NCBI GenBank assembly: GCA_051362555.1
Contig: CM120642.1
Location: 6,510,001 to 6,574,000, forward strand
Reading direction: 5' to 3'
DNA from: Lingula anatina
Lineage: Eukaryota; Animalia; Brachiopoda
DNA: 64,000 nt
Shown: in pieces, positions 61,801 to 64,000 of the stretch
Numbering within the stretch: position 1 is the stretch's first letter
How the letters are laid out: each line of letters begins with the position of its first letter
Position numbers and translations under genes: made by a program
The notes under the pieces: model-generated
What the model saw: the letters and a program-made list of their open reading frames with translations, nothing else
Database searches by the model: none
What the model was told of the DNA's origin: nothing

Positions 61801-63876
61801 ATGTTCTGGCACTGTGGCTTTACCTTCAGCCATTTGGTGTAAATCGCACATTTGTATTAGGCGGCCAAATTGATTGGAGAAGATAACTGTTTTGAAAGGA
61901 TCCGAAACAAACAAAAACTCCACTGCAAACAGTAATAAGAGTCTGTTATTCGCAGGTACGTGTTACTTTAATGAGGCTCCAACCTGCCAGTAATAAACTC
62001 TCTTACATATGAGAGATCGAGAGAAAGAGAGAGAAGGGAGAGAGGGAAAGATCCTTCAAAGATAAAAGATGACAAAAAATACCTCTCTTTTCAACATCCC
62101 GGTTGTGATGAGGCTGGTGGGGGCGTCTCCTTTCAGTATAATATTCAGTTTGAGGGCCTGACCAACACGAACGAACTCCAATTTCCGCGCCTCTTCTTTC
62201 CGCCGTGACCCATGCTGGTAATCCGGTATGACGTCACTGAATGCTCTGCGGTTCAACATCGTGTTCTGAAATTACAGTGCACGGAATATAGAAATCAGGT
62301 TGCTTAAAAGAAAAAAATGCGTACTGACTCGGATCCAACTTACGAACATCCAATTTACGCCTTCGAAGGTATTGAACGAGCAATGTACTTGTATTGGCAC
62401 ATGTATTTGCTACTCATCTTTTTTACTCAGCGGCTGTACATGTACACAAAATGTACGCCAGTTGTACCTTATTTAAAAGATACTATAAAACACCTTATCT
62501 TTGATATTTAAAGTAGAGCGCTCTTTTTATGTGGGAACTGGCAACATTAACTGATTACTCTGTATTTTAATATAATATTATCCACGTGCGTTAACCACCC
62601 TCCTATTAAATAATCACCCATGGTGATTATTAATCAGCATAACGATGGCTTGATATCTTACTTTTCAAAAGATGTGTATAAATGATACTGTCGCATCGAG
62701 TACAAAGTACATGTAGTTCAAATTATATATAACATGTAAACTTTATTAATTTCAAATATATACGTAAATTTTGGCAAAGTTCGTATTCTAAGTCTCATAC
62801 CGAGGAGCGCTTATGGCACTGATTCATCTGAGTCTCTGCAATCACTGACTACACAGTCAATCAATTTTTAAACGCGTAATACGGTATGGTTATTTGGGGA
62901 CACAACTTATAATGCGTCATGGCGGACGTTAGTGCTACTGCACTGTACGTGGGCGCAAATCTCCCTCCGTTTGTCTGCGGCTAACCGAAAGAACACAACC
63001 AGGCACTCACAATTAACATTTATAGGCTAATTCAGTGCAAGCCATAATGGCTCTTGCATTCCATCGATCGCCATATTATTGCATGGCTTATAGGAGTGCG
63101 CAGTATTCAGGTAAAGAGAAGTGACACGCTAAACTTCAATATATAGCCCCAGAGCGCTGGGGGAATATGGAACTCTGAGACACAATAATTGCCACGGTGC
63201 TGATACATTATTGCTTAAAAGGACAGAGTTAATCTTATCACTTAGGATAAAGGCCTAAAAACAGCTATGTCTGTTTTTTTGCCATTAGTTGGAGAGATTA
63301 CCCATGTATGGAACGATCTCACAAAATGCGATTTGATATCGATGTGTGTTCCCAGCTCTCTTTCGTTTTTCTTTTCTTTTCTTTTTTCTTTTCTTTTTTT
63401 CAACAAAACCTGTGCCAGTCAGGTCAACATTTCATACCTTGTTGACCTCCACCATGTGATTGTCGTAGGTATTTCTGATCAACATGTCCAGGGTACGCAC
63501 TCTCTTCTGGGCGAACACCGGCGTACATAGGGCGGCCTTTTCTCCATTTATACCTAGAAAAAACGTCCATAAGTATTTAGCAAGAGCTAGCAGTCTCTCC
63601 ATTAAGTGCATATGGACGTGTAAACACATGAACAAGACGTTTAAGGAAACGAACGTGTATCAATGTCTTAAGCGCTGCTTTGGATTCAAAATCTTTAATG
63701 ATTCGAATAATTTCAAAATAATAAAATATTTAAAGTGTTGATAATCGGGACTGAAGGACTTTATCTTACATTTCACTAGCAAAAAGTCCCTGAATTCTGC
63801 GTGGTCGGCAAAAACGGCGGGCGTGGGTAGAGGAGGGCCAAATAACGGGACGCTTTCGGCGGAATACACGTTTAAC
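55582..63876 (-). CDS. GARNL3: GTPase-activating Rap/Ran-GAP domain-like 3 (RapGAP C-terminus + CNH domain), 3' 15 exons; 5' end beyond the window
   Basis: Exons 63876-63770, 63553-63438, 62265-62083, 61558-61495, 61183-61136, 60599-60501, 60351-60241, 59360-59197, 58920-58768, 58440-58374, 57950-57870, 56991-56873, 56620-56518, 56185-55959, 55701-55582. All phases are compatible. Hallmarks ESVPLFGPPLPTP..F.DH.EFRDFLLVK.INGEKA, FAQKR.RTLDMLI, LNRR.FSDV, FVRVGQALKL..I..GDAPTS, VCAFPYILA...MEIRL..NG. Ends ...DSEFV*. The last exon is the least certain. Confidence 0.9.
56961..57790 (-). repeat. 54-bp minisatellite (~15 units) built from the GARNL3 intron/exon junction
   Basis: Minus-strand unit ATAACATTACTATATATTTTCAG|TATGTGCATTCCCATACATTCTGGCCCTCAC. 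Intact acceptors (plus-strand CTG start) at 56992, 57046, 57100, 57154, 57208, 57262, 57316, 57370, 57424, 57478, 57532, 57585, 57639 and 57693. Confidence 0.95.
59635..59917. mobile_element. CMC/EnSpm-like MITE (CCCGC...GCGGG, AA TSD) in a GARNL3 intron
   Basis: AA|CCCGCAAGAAAACGCAGTAG...CTACTGCATTTTCGTGCGGG|AA with repeated internal GCAGTAG/CTACTGC motifs. Confidence 0.7.
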
Positions 63877-64000
63877 CTGAAAGGAATTATAACAGTTATC
63901 ACAAAATGTAATCTCTTTTATGTTCTGGAAGATAATTTTTGTCCCTCCTGTTTATGCTTACGTGCCAATTGTTGCATCTCTTTAGGCGATCACAATATAC

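Noticed and set aside
15076-63181. B and C as two haplotypes mis-assembled in tandem
   Set aside because: Divergence, many paralog-specific TE insertions and multiple inactivating lesions in the left GARNL3 copy point to a true, older duplication. Read depth would confirm.

Overview
AT-rich, intron-rich animal genomic DNA, probably a marine invertebrate such as a mollusc or brachiopod (taxon is inferred, not shown). Splicing exons by hand gives four main elements. (1) The 5' coding part of a PLAT-domain lipoxygenase (minus strand, runs off the left edge). (2) Three intact 11-exon paralogs (A minus 3959-14819, B plus 16817-26889, C plus 35643-50799). Each encodes a ~595-aa, probably secreted, collagen-free protein: signal peptide + PAN/apple + small Cys-rich (follistatin-N/EGF-like) module + three tandem CTHRC1 C-terminal domains. 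(3) The 3' part of a GARNL3-like Rap-GAP/CNH gene (minus strand, runs off the right edge). (4) A pseudogenised partial GARNL3 copy carried along by the tandem duplication that produced B and C. A and B are head-to-head across a degenerate palindrome. One GARNL3 intron is almost entirely a 54-bp minisatellite whose unit is the downstream 3' splice site plus the first 31 nt of the exon, giving 13 decoy acceptors ahead of the real one. Introns carry many MITEs, Tc1/mariner relics and nested LINE fragments, several datable by filled versus empty sites between paralogs. Most ORFs in the supplied track are spurious or single exons. All coordinates were read by eye and no database searches were run.
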